IMG/VR virus record: IMGVR_UViG_3300027740_000183
Location: 7,260 to 71,259 of that record
Origin: a virus
Direction: 5' to 3' (one strand)
Length of the DNA stretch: 64,000 bases
Shown here: positions 63,771 through 64,000 of the stretch, in pieces
Layout of the letters: each line of letters begins with the position of its first letter
Position numbering within the stretch: position 1 is the first letter of the stretch
Translations under genes and position numbers: made by a program
The notes under the pieces: generated by a model
Database searches by the model: none
Seen by the model: only the letters and a program-made list of their open reading frames with translations
Told to the model about the DNA's origin: nothing

Positions 63771-63998
63771 TTACAAATCCACAGGTCCTATAGATTCTCC
63801 TGCTGCCAATCCTAACTTTGTTAGCAAAGCAGTTAGTATTGCTGTTTCCGTGGGATTACACAACGATCCTAAACTGCTTGATTCCACAGCGCCCTTCAAA
63901 TTAGTCTGTAAATTTAGCACAAACATTTGAAGTGCCCTTAGGTTGAATAATAAAGCAGCAAACAGCGTATTTAGCAGCCCTGCTGCGTATTTAGCTAA
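63771..63998 (-). CDS. 3' end of a gene entering from beyond the window
   Basis: Open frame LAKYAAGLLNTLF...GPVDL*. Confidence 0.5.
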   Translation of the reverse strand, partial: LAKYAAGLLNTLFAALLFNLRALQMFVLNLQTNLKGAVESSSLGSLCNPTETAILTALLTKLGLAAGESIGPVDL

Positions 63999-64000
63999 AT

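Noticed and set aside
63655-63930. 91-aa plus-strand ORF
   Set aside because: Reads across an IS end and antisense to an open minus-strand frame
1-64000. Alternative genetic code (TAG or TGA recoding)
   Set aside because: Long genes are intact in code 11, all three stops end genes (including ATGA stop-start overlaps), and the helicase gap contains TAG, TAA and TGA together
1-64000. A cas gene or TnpB/Cas12 effector for the repeats
   Set aside because: No ORF shows Cas1/2/6, Cas9, Cas12 RuvC-plus-Zn-finger or HEPN motifs; the only OMEGA-related sequences are nuclease-less IscB fragments. The CRISPR type cannot be assigned here

Overview
This window is an AT-rich segment of a large, probably jumbo-class, contractile-tailed dsDNA bacteriophage genome in standard code 11. 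Positions 1-38 kb (+ strand) form a late structural block: tail sheath, tube, tail chaperone with a canonical -1 slippery site, probable tape measure, tail-fibre/baseplate-like genes and a probable portal. About 18 small proteins there share an N-terminal R/K-L-x-K-[VI]-A helix. Positions 38-64 kb hold an ice-binding/Ig lipoprotein, an OmpA protein (both suggest a Gram-negative host), a SNF2 helicase split by a promoter, the major capsid gene and a divergent paralogue, and replication/repair/accessory genes. The most unusual features are non-coding. (1) A 36-nt CRISPR-like repeat forms one short array and is also dispersed as leader+repeat units just upstream of start codons; no cas gene is in the window, and its variation fits an H-type pseudoknot. 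(2) Two tandem tRNA scaffolds carry long hairpin insertions, next to a third structured RNA. (3) A decay series of IS200/IS605 IscB elements collapses to 43-49 bp solo ends. All family assignments are by motif recognition; no searches were run.
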